This document shows positions 50,220-60,889 of a DNA stretch of 64,000 nucleotides, in pieces; positions within the stretch are counted from its first letter, which is position 1; each line of letters opens with the position of its first letter. Below the pieces are notes generated by a model, which did not search any database, was not told the origin of the DNA, and was given only the letters and a program-made list of their open reading frames with translations. Origin of the DNA: Promethearchaeota archaeon (GTDB taxonomy: Archaea; Asgardarchaeota; Lokiarchaeia; Sigyniarchaeales; SOKP01); assembly GCA_019057865.1 (NCBI GenBank), contig JAHLWP010000002.1, forward strand, positions 166,465 through 230,464, given 5' to 3'. The position numbers were made by a program, and so were the translations under genes.

Positions 50220-50622
50220 TTTCACCCACCTGATCTCCCGCGGAAATTACTGGATTGAGTGAATTAAGTGGATCTTGAAAAATCATGGTGATATTATTAC
50301 CTCGATACGTTCTCATCTGTTGTTTATCTAGTTCTAATAAATTTTCACCTTTAAACCATATCTCGCCTTCAATTATTTTTCCCGGTGCTCTAACTAATTG
50401 TAGTATAGATAATGCTGTAACCGATTTTCCACAACCTGTTTCTCCTACTAATCCAAGTACTTCATCCTCATATATGTCGAAAGAAACACCATCTACAGCT
50501 TTTACTACGCCTTCTTCTGTATAAAAATAGGTTTTTAATCCTTTAACTTCTAATAATTTCTTTTTTTCCTCCACTTTAGATGTTGAAACTTTGGTTTCTG
50601 TAAGCTTTGTACTTTCTACCAT
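49399..50622 (-). CDS. dppD: Oligopeptide ABC transporter ATPase (OppD/DppD)
   Basis: GETGCGKS, LSGGM, ADEPTTALD and GCRFHPRC motifs. Confidence 0.93.
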   Translation of the reverse strand: MVESTKLTETKVSTSKVEEKKKLLEVKGLKTYFYTEEGVVKAVDGVSFDIYEDEVLGLVGETGCGKSVTALSILQLVRAPGKIIEGEIWFKGENLLELDKQQMRTYRGNNITMIFQDPLNSLNPVISAGDQVGEIFLLHQQDKLKRELDERLLERKNKKEEIKELTEQLKNNKRELTKEERNEIKDRVRKLKEENSHIPVFKDVLRDKSEKIIKEVGIADARGILTRYPHELSGGMRQRIMIAMALSCNPGLLIADEPTTALDVTIQAQILDLMKDLQKKFRTSILLITHDLGIIAELCDRVAVMYSGNITEYATAEELFKKPRHPYTQGLISAIPSIEKKGKKLQVIRGMVPNLIYPPSGCRFHPRCDYRMEICDKVKPQLIESGDRYFVACHLYDPRYKDSPKYK

Positions 50623-50687
50623 AATTAATTCATATTCTCCAATATTATATATACTATCTTTTCTTTATTAAAAAAATATAGAACAAG

Positions 50688-51719
50688 CTATAAGTTTTTC
50701 AGTCGAGGATCTAAAGCATCCCGTAATCCATCCCCTAATAACATAAAACCCATAACAGATAATAAAATGAAAAACCCAGGCCACAAGGAAGCCCACGGGG
50801 CATCATAAAGTCTATCCCGAGTATCTGCAATTTCATTGCCCCAGTCAATCATCAGTGGATCGCTGAAACCTAAAAATGAAAGCCCGGCTAAACTCAATAT
50901 TATACCTCCTATATTAAAAGTGACCGAAACGATAATAGGTTGGATAACATTAGGTAAAATGTGTTTAAACATAATCCTCGAATTTCCCGCTCCCGCTACT
51001 TTTGCTGCTTGAACATAAGGTAATTCTCTGGCCTGGAGAACGTTCCCTCTAATTAATCGGGAATAATAAGGTATTCCAAGAATGCCCCAAGCAAGCATAA
51101 TATACTCTATTCTAACTTCTGTTTCTAAAATATTAGTGAAAACAGAAATAAAGACTAAAGCAAGGATCAATCCAGGAAAGGCGAGTAATACATCCATTAT
51201 TCGCATAATTAGTGAGTCCACCCAGCCTCTATAATATGCAGCAATAACGCCAATAAGAACACCAGCCACCACACTAAGAGAGATAGCCGGAAGAGCGACT
51301 ATTAAGGAAGTTCGAGCGCCAAAAATAAGTCTAGAAAGAACATCACGCCCAAATTTTGTCGTTCCTAAGAGATGCTCAGGGGAAGGCGGCTGCCAGTCAC
51401 CCCAGAAAACTGCACTATTAGCGTCCTCATAGGTATATGGAGAAATCCAATGGGGAAAAACCGCTAAAGTGACAATAAAAAAAACTAAACATATACCTAA
51501 TAGGGTTAAAAATGACTTAAATCTTCTAATAAATTTTCTTTTACTGATAGTTTTTTCATATTCATATTCCTTGATAGATAATTCCTCTAATCTGTAAGCA
51601 GGAATGAATATAAATTTAAGATTATTTATAGTCCAGGATAAAATTCTTCTTGCTGTGCTCCTTATTTTCTCAATTTCTTTCTCTTCTTCTCTAATTTCAT
51701 ATAATTCCTCTTTTAACAC
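50688..51719 (-). CDS. dppC: Peptide ABC transporter permease
   Basis: HLLGT..GRDV, HILPN and LGDGLRDALDP motifs. Confidence 0.93.
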   Translation of the reverse strand: MLKEELYEIREEEKEIEKIRSTARRILSWTINNLKFIFIPAYRLEELSIKEYEYEKTISKRKFIRRFKSFLTLLGICLVFFIVTLAVFPHWISPYTYEDANSAVFWGDWQPPSPEHLLGTTKFGRDVLSRLIFGARTSLIVALPAISLSVVAGVLIGVIAAYYRGWVDSLIMRIMDVLLAFPGLILALVFISVFTNILETEVRIEYIMLAWGILGIPYYSRLIRGNVLQARELPYVQAAKVAGAGNSRIMFKHILPNVIQPIIVSVTFNIGGIILSLAGLSFLGFSDPLMIDWGNEIADTRDRLYDAPWASLWPGFFILLSVMGFMLLGDGLRDALDPRLKNL

Positions 51720-51773
51720 ATTTCCTCACTTTTTTGCGTAATTTAATATCTATAATTTATTAATTCTGATAAA

Positions 51774-52793
51774 TTAATATCTAATTCTTGGATCTAACAC
51801 TCCATAAAGAATATCTACTGCTAAATTGGCAACTACAAAAATAATTGCAAAGAAAAATACTAATGCATTAAGCACCCAATAATCACTGGTGACAATAGCT
51901 CGTACTAGCAATTGTCCGACCCCTTTTAAATTAAATGTTGTTTCTGTGAGCACAGCACCAGCTAAAAGTCCTGCCAAATTTAAACCTATTACTGTTACAG
52001 TAGGAATCATAGCATTTTTTTTTGCATGGGTATTTATGACATCCTTTTCTTCACAACCTTTCGCCCTAGCAGTTCTTATATAATCTTGTTCTAAAACTTC
52101 TAGCATACTGGAACGCGTTTGTCTTACTATTCCAGCAAGTGATATAAATGATAAACAAAAAACAGGCAAAACTAAGTGCCATACATAATCGGGTACCATA
52201 TATAACTCACCAGAAAGTAATGCATCAATTATTCTAAAACCTGTTACGTATTTAGGGTCTACATACTCATAAGTTTTAAATCCAGTAGTCGGAAATAATC
52301 CAAGTTGATAACCTAGAAGAAATTGTAAGAGCATACCAAGGAAGAAAACGGGAATTGCTACACCTATAAGTGACATACCCCTAAAAACGGCATCTTTAGT
52401 TTTATTTCTATGTGTAGCGGATATGATACCCGTTTTTATACCGATAAACGAAGAGATGATTACTGAAAAGAGTGCAATATCTACTGTTCTAGGCAAACGT
52501 GTCATTATTAAATCCCATACCATCCCCCCACGCGCGATGGAAACAGAAAGACCCCAATTACCGGTAAATAAATCACCCAGATATCGAAAATATTGGATTA
52601 TAATTGGTTGATCTAGTCCTAATTTATGCTCCCAATACGCGTGTAATTCGGGATTTGGTTTCCCTTCGGGAAGAAATGCTAATATTGGATCTCCTGGCAT
52701 TAATCTTGACAATATAAAAGTTAATGTTAATGCACCAAACAAAACTGGTATCATTGCTACCAATCTTCTTATTATGTAACTAATCAAGCTCAT
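51774..52793 (-). CDS. dppB: Peptide ABC transporter permease
   Basis: PGDP, DYIRTARAKG and LDPRIRY motifs. Confidence 0.95.
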   Translation of the reverse strand: MSLISYIIRRLVAMIPVLFGALTLTFILSRLMPGDPILAFLPEGKPNPELHAYWEHKLGLDQPIIIQYFRYLGDLFTGNWGLSVSIARGGMVWDLIMTRLPRTVDIALFSVIISSFIGIKTGIISATHRNKTKDAVFRGMSLIGVAIPVFFLGMLLQFLLGYQLGLFPTTGFKTYEYVDPKYVTGFRIIDALLSGELYMVPDYVWHLVLPVFCLSFISLAGIVRQTRSSMLEVLEQDYIRTARAKGCEEKDVINTHAKKNAMIPTVTVIGLNLAGLLAGAVLTETTFNLKGVGQLLVRAIVTSDYWVLNALVFFFAIIFVVANLAVDILYGVLDPRIRY

Positions 52794-52819
52794 AATTAAA
52801 TACTTCTTTACCTTTTAAT

Positions 52820-53281
52820 TTAAATTTGCGTTTTTATTTTTTTTCTATATATTTTATATCTTTCTTTGGTTATGGCGGCTAAAATTGCAGTAAAGAGATT
52901 TATTCCGAGTAGTACAAGGATTGTTGTATAACTTTCTATTCTTAAAAAGTAACCTCCAATGATCGTGATATCAAAAGATTCACTTATAAACCAATACCAA
53001 ATCCACGATTCAATTACAATAAATGGAACTAACCAGATACTATTTTTAATTCCGTATTCATAAAATTGTTCTCTAAATACCATTATAAACACTATGACAC
53101 ATAGGATTAAAACTGAAAGAAATGATCTTGGATGAAACATGACTTGATATAAAAATAAAACCCCTTCTCCGATATCTTTCCTATAAACATTTGATAAATA
53201 CCCGAAAAATAAGAAATGCGTCAATAATAATGCTAAAATGAAATTTCCTTGTCTACCAAAATCAATTTTTTTATAAACCAT
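52820..53281 (-). CDS. Four-TM hypothetical membrane protein within the ABC operon
   Basis: 153-aa hydrophobic ORF on the same strand as the operon. Confidence 0.75.
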   Translation of the reverse strand: MVYKKIDFGRQGNFILALLLTHFLFFGYLSNVYRKDIGEGVLFLYQVMFHPRSFLSVLILCVIVFIMVFREQFYEYGIKNSIWLVPFIVIESWIWYWFISESFDITIIGGYFLRIESYTTILVLLGINLFTAILAAITKERYKIYRKKIKTQI

Positions 53282-53618
53282 AAAATCATTCTCATTATTC
53301 TAAATCGTTATACATTTGTAATAACTTATCAAATTCAAGATCACGTATATTATCCATATCTGTAAATTGTTTACTATCTCTCAGTTCAAATAAATTTGAT
53401 CCTTTATTAATTATTTTATAATCTTCGTAAACTTTTAAGTTTATCATTTTTTCTTTATCATTTTTCATTAAAATAGTCTTATTATAAGAGAAATAATTTA
53501 ATAGGGACAATATCTTTTCTAAATGATTTTAATTTTGAGGGAATATCAGATAATGTGAAAAAATTCATTATAAATAAAAAAAAAAAAAAAAATTTTAGTT
53601 AGCTAATTTTTCTGTCTT

Positions 53619-55301
53619 TTACTCACGATATATAGGATATGCTTGCCAGGTACCCATAGCGTTATAAGTTACTCCTTTCAAGTTTGCAGCATGAACAGCA
53701 GTAATAGTGGGATGATATGCATATATGTGGAAGGTACTTTCAGCAAAATACCATTGAGCATGTTTAAACAAATCATTTCTAGTGTCTGGGTCAGTTTCTT
53801 CGACCATCTGTATCATCAAGTCTGTTAGGTATGGATCATCCACTTGTGCAGAATTCGATGATGAGACAGGATTAAATAATGGATCTAACATGTTCCAAGG
53901 ATCGAGATAATCAGGAGCCCAACCTATGAAATAGAGTTCTAATTCATCATATCTTGATGGATCTAGTAAGATGGCAAGGAAGTCATCCCAAATCATTAGA
54001 TTGTTCGTTACTGTAATACCGATTTGGCTGTAAGCGTCTTTGACAACTACCAACATATCTTCTCTAAAAGCATTACCAATATTACCAGTATAGCTATAGG
54101 TGTCAATACCAGCGGCTTTCCATGCAGCATCAGTAGTATCATTATTTACAGGTAAAGTATCAGGAGCGATTCCGGCATCAACTAATATTTTCCTTGCATG
54201 CGCTAAATCATAGTTAGGATAATTAACAGATTCATTATAAACTGCACCGTAACCAGGAGAAATTGGCGAATAAGCTCGTATTGCTAAATACCCTTCTAAC
54301 ATTTCCTCAAGCATATAATCGTAAGGAAAAGCCCAGGCCATAGCCTGTCTCATAGTCTTGTTAATTTTAATATTGTTAAGCCCAAGGTATTGGTAAACCA
54401 AGCTAGCCCTTCCAGTTTCTTCGGTAAATCTTTTTACGGTAATGTCAGGATTTGCTTCAAAAATATCATATAGAGAAGTTAAAGCCCCAGATATGTAATC
54501 AATCTCTTTAGTTAGGAATGCATTACTTCGGGCTGTTGCATCTTCGATGATAACAAAAATCAACGTTTCGAAATATGCTGGTCCTCTCCAATAATTATCA
54601 AATCGTGTAAATCTCACTTCTATATCTGGTGTAAAATAATCATACATAAAAGGACCGGTTCCAACCAAATCTCCTGTTGTAAGATCTATCCAGTCCGTAG
54701 CCGGAGTTGAGGTTGGTGAAAGCATAACAGCGTTTGCATAGCATAGTAAATCTAAGAAAGGTGCAAAGACACCATTCAAAGTGATGGTAATATTATAATC
54801 ACCAACAGTCGCGGTATTATTGATAATCGGTTCGCCATTTGGTAGCCTCCATAATGATTCCGTTTGAGCAACCGGAACAGGTTCGGTTCCTGTAGCGTTT
54901 ATGAAATAATTTATCCTATCGAGATTCCATTTAGCTGCTGCGGCATTAAATGAAGTACCATCGTGAAATCGAATGCCTTGCCTTAATTCTACTTGAAGGG
55001 TCACACTATTTTCCCACCAATAACTTTGGGCGAGTAAATTTATTCTGGGTAAGTCAACCTTTGAAAAATTGTAAGAAAATAGACATTCTGTTACTTGTTC
55101 AATCACATCATTTGAAGCACTATCCCATGAATTAACCGGATCAAGATCACGAGGGCCAGCAGCAGTACCAAACTTTAAGGCTATTACGTCTGGTGCTTCA
55201 AGTTCAAAATACGGTAAAGCAAGTATAACGTTCCCAACTCCAGATGCGGCTAAAACTACAGCTAAAATTATTATTGCTAAATTTTTCTTTTCCATTTCCA
55301 T
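53619..55301 (-). CDS. dppA: Peptide ABC transporter substrate-binding protein (family 5)
   Basis: N-terminal anchor; LRQGIRFHDG, GTGPF and GWAPDYLDP motifs. Confidence 0.93.
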   Translation of the reverse strand: MEMEKKNLAIIILAVVLAASGVGNVILALPYFELEAPDVIALKFGTAAGPRDLDPVNSWDSASNDVIEQVTECLFSYNFSKVDLPRINLLAQSYWWENSVTLQVELRQGIRFHDGTSFNAAAAKWNLDRINYFINATGTEPVPVAQTESLWRLPNGEPIINNTATVGDYNITITLNGVFAPFLDLLCYANAVMLSPTSTPATDWIDLTTGDLVGTGPFMYDYFTPDIEVRFTRFDNYWRGPAYFETLIFVIIEDATARSNAFLTKEIDYISGALTSLYDIFEANPDITVKRFTEETGRASLVYQYLGLNNIKINKTMRQAMAWAFPYDYMLEEMLEGYLAIRAYSPISPGYGAVYNESVNYPNYDLAHARKILVDAGIAPDTLPVNNDTTDAAWKAAGIDTYSYTGNIGNAFREDMLVVVKDAYSQIGITVTNNLMIWDDFLAILLDPSRYDELELYFIGWAPDYLDPWNMLDPLFNPVSSSNSAQVDDPYLTDLMIQMVEETDPDTRNDLFKHAQWYFAESTFHIYAYHPTITAVHAANLKGVTYNAMGTWQAYPIYRE

Positions 55302-55615
55302 ATTGAATTCACTTTAACTTTTTATTTTTTTTTAATTTTTTTTAGATTTGTTGTTAAATAGTTGTTTAAATTTGTATACTTATAAGTTTTATCTTTTTTT
55401 TTAAATCCTTTTATGAAATTATAAAAGGTTTTTTTCGAGATTTTTGGATTCAAAGGTATTCTATATTTAATTATTTATAGTGTAGTGCTTTTTAATTTGC
55501 ACTAAATGCTCAAATTCTTCAAAGAAATAATTAGGATGTTTTTAGGAAAAATTTCAATTAGGAAAAAATAAATTCTTACAAGGGGAAAGAAGTGGGATTG
55601 GTTTTAATTATTTTG

Positions 55616-56563
55616 TTATTTAAATAATTTGTCAAAATAAAACGAGAAAAATAGAATTGCAACAAGTAATAATGCTGCTATTATCATGCCTTTATCTAGA
55701 AAGGCTCTTTCTGTATTACGAGCGATTTTTGGCTTAGCTGAAATTAAATACATATATCTCATGAGAATATATAAAGAAATAGGGATAGTGAGTATTGCAA
55801 TATATTCATAAAGTTCAGGAACACCTGGTTCAGTTGAACCAAGATTAAATGTGATGATTAAATAAAGAGAATAGGTCATAAATAGAGAGCCAGCAATAAT
55901 AACATGAAATTGATCTAATAATTTTAGAGAATATTGGTCATATATTTTCTTATGCTCAACAGCTCTATCTTTTCCAAGAAATTCCAAATCTCCTTTTCGT
56001 TTAGCTATACTTAAAAACATGGCTATCTCAAAAATAGCTAAAAATAACCAAGCTGAAACAAATTCTTCGATTATTGCACATCCTGCCAATGCTCTCCACA
56101 GATATCCGGTAGATAAAACAAGTATATCAATGAAAGCATAATTCTTAAAAAGGTGATTATAAAGTTGACCTGTTATGATTATTAAGACTATCGTAAGAAT
56201 AAAACCCAAATTAGGGATCAAAAAGATCAGAGACGAAACCATTATTACCAATAATGCTATCAACAATAGTATAGCAAGATAAATAGGTAAATCTCCTGAT
56301 GCAAGTGGTTTTTTTCTCAATTTTTCTGGGTGTTTTTTATCAGTTTTAATATCTCTTATGTCATTGATAATGTAATTAAATGAAGAGGCACAACATAACA
56401 AAATAAACCCTACTATTAGAGGAAAATAGAGGGATGTTTCAAATAGTCTTTCACTAAAAAAGATTCCAACGAAAATCATCACATTTTTATAATATTGTCG
56501 AATGCGTAGAAGATATATAATACCTCTGATTTTACTTGTCATTGTTAACTTTTTGAAATACAC
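55616..56563 (-). CDS. UbiA-family transferase (decaprenyl-phosphate phosphoribosyltransferase-like)
   Basis: RQYYKN, YIINDIRD..D..HPEK...PLASG and KRKGD motifs. Confidence 0.85.
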   Translation of the reverse strand: MYFKKLTMTSKIRGIIYLLRIRQYYKNVMIFVGIFFSERLFETSLYFPLIVGFILLCCASSFNYIINDIRDIKTDKKHPEKLRKKPLASGDLPIYLAILLLIALLVIMVSSLIFLIPNLGFILTIVLIIITGQLYNHLFKNYAFIDILVLSTGYLWRALAGCAIIEEFVSAWLFLAIFEIAMFLSIAKRKGDLEFLGKDRAVEHKKIYDQYSLKLLDQFHVIIAGSLFMTYSLYLIITFNLGSTEPGVPELYEYIAILTIPISLYILMRYMYLISAKPKIARNTERAFLDKGMIIAALLLVAILFFSFYFDKLFK

Positions 56564-56580
56564 ATTTATTTTAAACTTTA

Positions 56581-59127
56581 TTAAGTTATTATAATTCTTT
56601 CCGGCTTAAATTTCTTCAAGATTCTATACCCTAAACGACTAGAAAAGCTTGTTGAAGATTTAGTCTGAATCATTGCACTACTGTATTCAAAACTAATTAA
56701 TTCTATCGTTTTATATAGGATTCTTTTATCTTTACCAAATATGTTTTTAATACTAATTATATCTTCATTGTATTCTTCATTCTTATTTGAGCTTTTTTTC
56801 AAATTTTTTAATTCTACATTTACTTGCTGAATATAACCAATTTCTAAATTATTTACAGGTTTTTTCAGATAAATATATGCTCTTATATGATTATCCATCA
56901 ACCATCTAATAATTCTAACTTCAGATTTTCTATATTTAACATTTTTGCTTATGGCTAAATATATCTTTTTAGGGCGGATAATTAACTCACTAAAAGCATA
57001 ATTCAAATGTTCTTGATCATGATTTTCAGCTTTAGTAGAGTCGGAAAGAAAAATCTTAAAATCTTCTAGATTTTCAGCTCCTACAATATTTACACATCTA
57101 TATATATTTAATTCTCCTTTTGATCTTAGAAATACATCTTGATCTTTAAAATTTTGAATTAATACTATTGAATTTGGCAATTTAGTTTTTAAAATCGATT
57201 TTTGAACAATAGAACGATTCTTATTCATAAAGATATAGTATCCATTTTTATTATCATCCTTAAATTCAATATCCGTTAAAATTAAGGGATTATCATTTTG
57301 AAAAAAATATGTTTCATTCAAATCAATTTGAATAAGTGAATACATTGACGAGTTTAACAAATTTATTTCATTGGATTTTAAATTAGAAATAATATATTGA
57401 TCACTATCACATATATCGTCAATAAATTTAATATCATTTAATTTACCAATTACAATTTCATCTGTAATTTTATTTTTAAAGATATAATCTTTCTCAAGCT
57501 CAAATTTGTATATTTCTTTTCTTCCAAGTGTATCCATCAATAATGAGATATCATTAATATTAAAAAATTCTTTAAATTTTTCATTTGCTATATTCTTAAA
57601 TATATCTCTAGAATTTTCAAATTTTTTAGCATATTTTTTTTGTTTTGACTTTTTTAAACAAATAAATGGTAGAATTGCTTCCTTACTTGGTTTTAATTCA
57701 TCGCTTAATATTGCAGCAATTCTATAAAAACTTGGAGGATGTGAATTTAAAAAATTTGATAAAAGTGAAGCCTTAGAGGGTTTTATCATTGAGCCATATA
57801 AATAATTTGCGGTGTTCATATAATCCAGAAGTTGGTTCTCTTTTGAGATCTTTTCTTCACACAAAAGCATAGTGTTAAGCCCAATTTCTCTTCCTGTAGC
57901 ATAGAAACTCTCCAAATTATAGAGGGCTTTAACGAGCTCATATCCATAACCTGATTCTTTTGCCCTCAAATCTGCTTTTCCTTCTAATATTCTGACAAAT
58001 ATAAAAAGGATTATGTATATTATCAAATTTAAGAAGATAAAAGCAATCATTGGAATCTGAGGATTCCCAAAGGTGTAATCATAAAAAGTTGCTGGTATGC
58101 CTAATAACATTCTTAATAATAAATCACCTGTAGTTATGAATGTTAATATAAATGTATGCTTTCCTTTTGTATGAGCCAATTCATGAGCTACTATACCTTT
58201 TAGCTCATCTTCAGGAATTTGATTAATATCTTCAGCAATAATACTAATTCTTTTATCAAAAGTAGACCCATAAGCCATAGCATTTAAAATTGGATATTTC
58301 CCAAAGCCAACCTTAACATCACCTTTTATTCCAATATCTTGTTTTACGCTTTTTACTAATTCTAAAATTTCACTGTTTTCTACTTTTTTAATTCCAAGTA
58401 ATTTATCTAAAATTACACCAGAAATGAAATATATAAGCCAATTGACTATAATCAATATGAAATATATATTCATAAAAAAATCTGATAATCTGAATTCCTT
58501 TAAAGCAAGAGGTTTATTAGTAATAAACTGCAATGGCGTATATTGATTAATAAATACAACTACTAACCAAGCTATTATATATAATAACAAAATTAAATAT
58601 TCGGGGCTCATAAATCGCCAAACTACTATATATTTCCTACCAAATAGTATAAACCCCAGGATGAGAATAATCCAGAAAGAAAAGGCAAAGCTTGTATTTA
58701 TATAGAAAGGATTATCTAAATAATAAGAAAAGATTCCAGCTATAAAGATGGTATTATAAGTCACTAAAGAGATTATTAATATCTTATTAATAATAGGATA
58801 ATCCTTTAACTCAAAAATCCCTATCCATAAATATATTGAAAATGCTCCCATTAATGAGGTTAATATATCTTTTGAAAAGAAAAAGATGAGAAAAAAAAAG
58901 AATAAAATGGCAACAAAATCACTCATTTCACTTCTTTTTCCATTCTTTACCCAATGATAGAATTCTTCAATTGTTAACAAATATAATAAAATGGATACTA
59001 AAAAAATCCAGTCTTTTAGAAGATCAAGTAAAGAGTAATGAAGTATTACAAGATTTAATAAGAAAAATGAACTGATTGAACAAGAAAGATATATAATAAA
59101 TAGAGCATACCTTGTGAACTTTTTCAA
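56581..59127 (-). CDS. M48-family (HtpX/Ste24-like) membrane metalloprotease with long N- and C-terminal extensions
   Basis: NAMA, AHELAH, E.KAD and SHPP..RI motifs; 848 aa. Confidence 0.85.
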   Translation of the reverse strand: MKKFTRYALFIIYLSCSISSFFLLNLVILHYSLLDLLKDWIFLVSILLYLLTIEEFYHWVKNGKRSEMSDFVAILFFFFLIFFFSKDILTSLMGAFSIYLWIGIFELKDYPIINKILIISLVTYNTIFIAGIFSYYLDNPFYINTSFAFSFWIILILGFILFGRKYIVVWRFMSPEYLILLLYIIAWLVVVFINQYTPLQFITNKPLALKEFRLSDFFMNIYFILIIVNWLIYFISGVILDKLLGIKKVENSEILELVKSVKQDIGIKGDVKVGFGKYPILNAMAYGSTFDKRISIIAEDINQIPEDELKGIVAHELAHTKGKHTFILTFITTGDLLLRMLLGIPATFYDYTFGNPQIPMIAFIFLNLIIYIILFIFVRILEGKADLRAKESGYGYELVKALYNLESFYATGREIGLNTMLLCEEKISKENQLLDYMNTANYLYGSMIKPSKASLLSNFLNSHPPSFYRIAAILSDELKPSKEAILPFICLKKSKQKKYAKKFENSRDIFKNIANEKFKEFFNINDISLLMDTLGRKEIYKFELEKDYIFKNKITDEIVIGKLNDIKFIDDICDSDQYIISNLKSNEINLLNSSMYSLIQIDLNETYFFQNDNPLILTDIEFKDDNKNGYYIFMNKNRSIVQKSILKTKLPNSIVLIQNFKDQDVFLRSKGELNIYRCVNIVGAENLEDFKIFLSDSTKAENHDQEHLNYAFSELIIRPKKIYLAISKNVKYRKSEVRIIRWLMDNHIRAYIYLKKPVNNLEIGYIQQVNVELKNLKKSSNKNEEYNEDIISIKNIFGKDKRILYKTIELISFEYSSAMIQTKSSTSFSSRLGYRILKKFKPERIIIT

Positions 59128-59154
59128 AATAAATACCTTTAAATTTTAATCACA

Positions 59155-60522
59155 TTAATTAGGTTTTTTTGTTTTCATTTTGTTAATTTGTTGCCAAAAA
59201 TATCTGATTGTAATATAATACCACACGATGAATCCAATAATAAATAGGAAAAAAACGAAGAGTAGATTAATAGGAAGTTCTATTACGCCTAAATCAATTA
59301 TCCCAAAAGGAAGTGGAAGGATTAAAAATTCAACAATCATTAGGAATATGATTCCAGAAACTAATAAAATTATCATTAATGCAATTATCCCTCGAATTCG
59401 AGGAAATTTATATAATAGGAATGAAGTTGGAACACCAAATATGAGGATGATAAGAAAAATAGTAAATATATTATAATTCCCTAAAGTCCATTGCATAAAT
59501 AAAATAGATACAATAGAAAACAATCCACAAATAATAGAAATTACATAAAAATTTTTAACTAATTCTGGTTCTGTTAACGCTCCTTTTGCTAATATTAACC
59601 TTGGTAATGTAAGAGCAGCATCTTTTTGATCTGATGCCTTTATTCGATCATCTTCTAGTAGGATAATATCCTCCTTTTTCTCTCTTATATCACTGCTTTC
59701 AAGGAAACCACGAACTGAATAAATTACATAGAAGCTATTGAATATATGTATTAAAAGGGCGCAAAAGGTAGCAACTTCAAGTGATCCGAATAATGCAATA
59801 CCTGCAATCATTGCTCCCATACTTAATGTTCCTATATCTCCTGGAAAAACTTTGGATGGGAATTTATTGTATATGAAAAATGGTATAATAATGGCAATTA
59901 CTGGAATAGAAAAAATAACTGCTTCAGCAGAATTCCATAAAAGACCACATATAAATAAAAAACATACTGCAATTAAGCATGTTCCAGAACCTTCACCATT
60001 ATAACCTTCTAACATATTCACAGTATTTGTAAATACTGCCACAATTATAGGTAAAACTAGAGGATAAATAATGGTTAATCTTGTTCTATCTAGAAATGGA
60101 ATTATTGGAGAAGGGATGTTTATAAAGTTGAGATAATTAGCTAAAAATATAGCACTACCAGAAAATAGGGATAAAATAATTTTATATCGCGATTTGAATT
60201 TTATTCTATCATCAATAAATCCTATTAATCCCGCTAATAAAACTGTTAGTAAAAAAATAAAAGTTACTTTGAAAAAATTAGAAAAGAATATCATTACCAA
60301 AATCGAGGCAATTACAAATCCAATAACCATACTAAGACCACCAGATTCAGCAATTTCAGGGCGTGCGTTTTTATGGATGTCATATCCTACATATTTTTTC
60401 TTTTTCATAAATTCTATTATATAAGGGAGGATGAAGTATGTAGCGAAAAAAGATACAATAAAAATAATTATTAGATAGAGTATTTCTATTAAACTCCAAT
60501 TTAATTCAGATAACGGAATCAT
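59155..60522 (-). CDS. UDP-GlcNAc:dolichyl-phosphate GlcNAc-1-phosphotransferase (AglH/DPAGT1, MraY-like family)
   Basis: GYDIHK..PEIAESGG, GFIDD, NTVNMLEGYNG and VFPGD motifs. Confidence 0.85.
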   Translation of the reverse strand: MIPLSELNWSLIEILYLIIIFIVSFFATYFILPYIIEFMKKKKYVGYDIHKNARPEIAESGGLSMVIGFVIASILVMIFFSNFFKVTFIFLLTVLLAGLIGFIDDRIKFKSRYKIILSLFSGSAIFLANYLNFINIPSPIIPFLDRTRLTIIYPLVLPIIVAVFTNTVNMLEGYNGEGSGTCLIAVCFLFICGLLWNSAEAVIFSIPVIAIIIPFFIYNKFPSKVFPGDIGTLSMGAMIAGIALFGSLEVATFCALLIHIFNSFYVIYSVRGFLESSDIREKKEDIILLEDDRIKASDQKDAALTLPRLILAKGALTEPELVKNFYVISIICGLFSIVSILFMQWTLGNYNIFTIFLIILIFGVPTSFLLYKFPRIRGIIALMIILLVSGIIFLMIVEFLILPLPFGIIDLGVIELPINLLFVFFLFIIGFIVWYYITIRYFWQQINKMKTKKPN

Positions 60523-60761
60523 GATTTTATAAAATGTTTAAATTTATTATGAAGTTATCAATAACTGAACTTTCAAGATGAAAAAATAAAATACTTGATT
60601 TATTATATTTTTTTATTTTTTTTTTTTAATGTTTTATATATTAAATAGATTGAAATTAATTCTTGAACTCATTTAAATTATTTTCATTAATTTTTATGAG
60701 ATTAATTGTACTTTTAAGAGTTAAATTATACAACTCTATAAATATTTATTATATAAAAAAT

Positions 60762-60866
60762 TAGCCCGACACGGATTTTCGAGACAATAGCCGATATGCC
60801 TAAGATTTTCGAACCGTGGTCCAGGGGTTCAAGGCCCCCGATGCTTGGCCACTACACCATCGGGCT
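60762..60866 (-). tRNA. tRNA-Gln(UUG) with a 32-nt T-loop intron (59/60; 60776-60807)
   Basis: AGCCCGA/TCGGGCT+A acceptor; GGGGG-CC-TTG-AA-CCCCT anticodon arm; T arm CACGG/CCGTG; intron helix TTCG/CGAA with AA|A and AA|T bulges. Confidence 0.85.
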
Positions 60867-60889
60867 TTAATTTATAATTTTCAATATAA

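Noticed and set aside
53295-53510. 71-aa ORF between dppA and the membrane protein gene
   Set aside because: TTG start, very AT-rich and no motif; it could be a remnant but I cannot support it.
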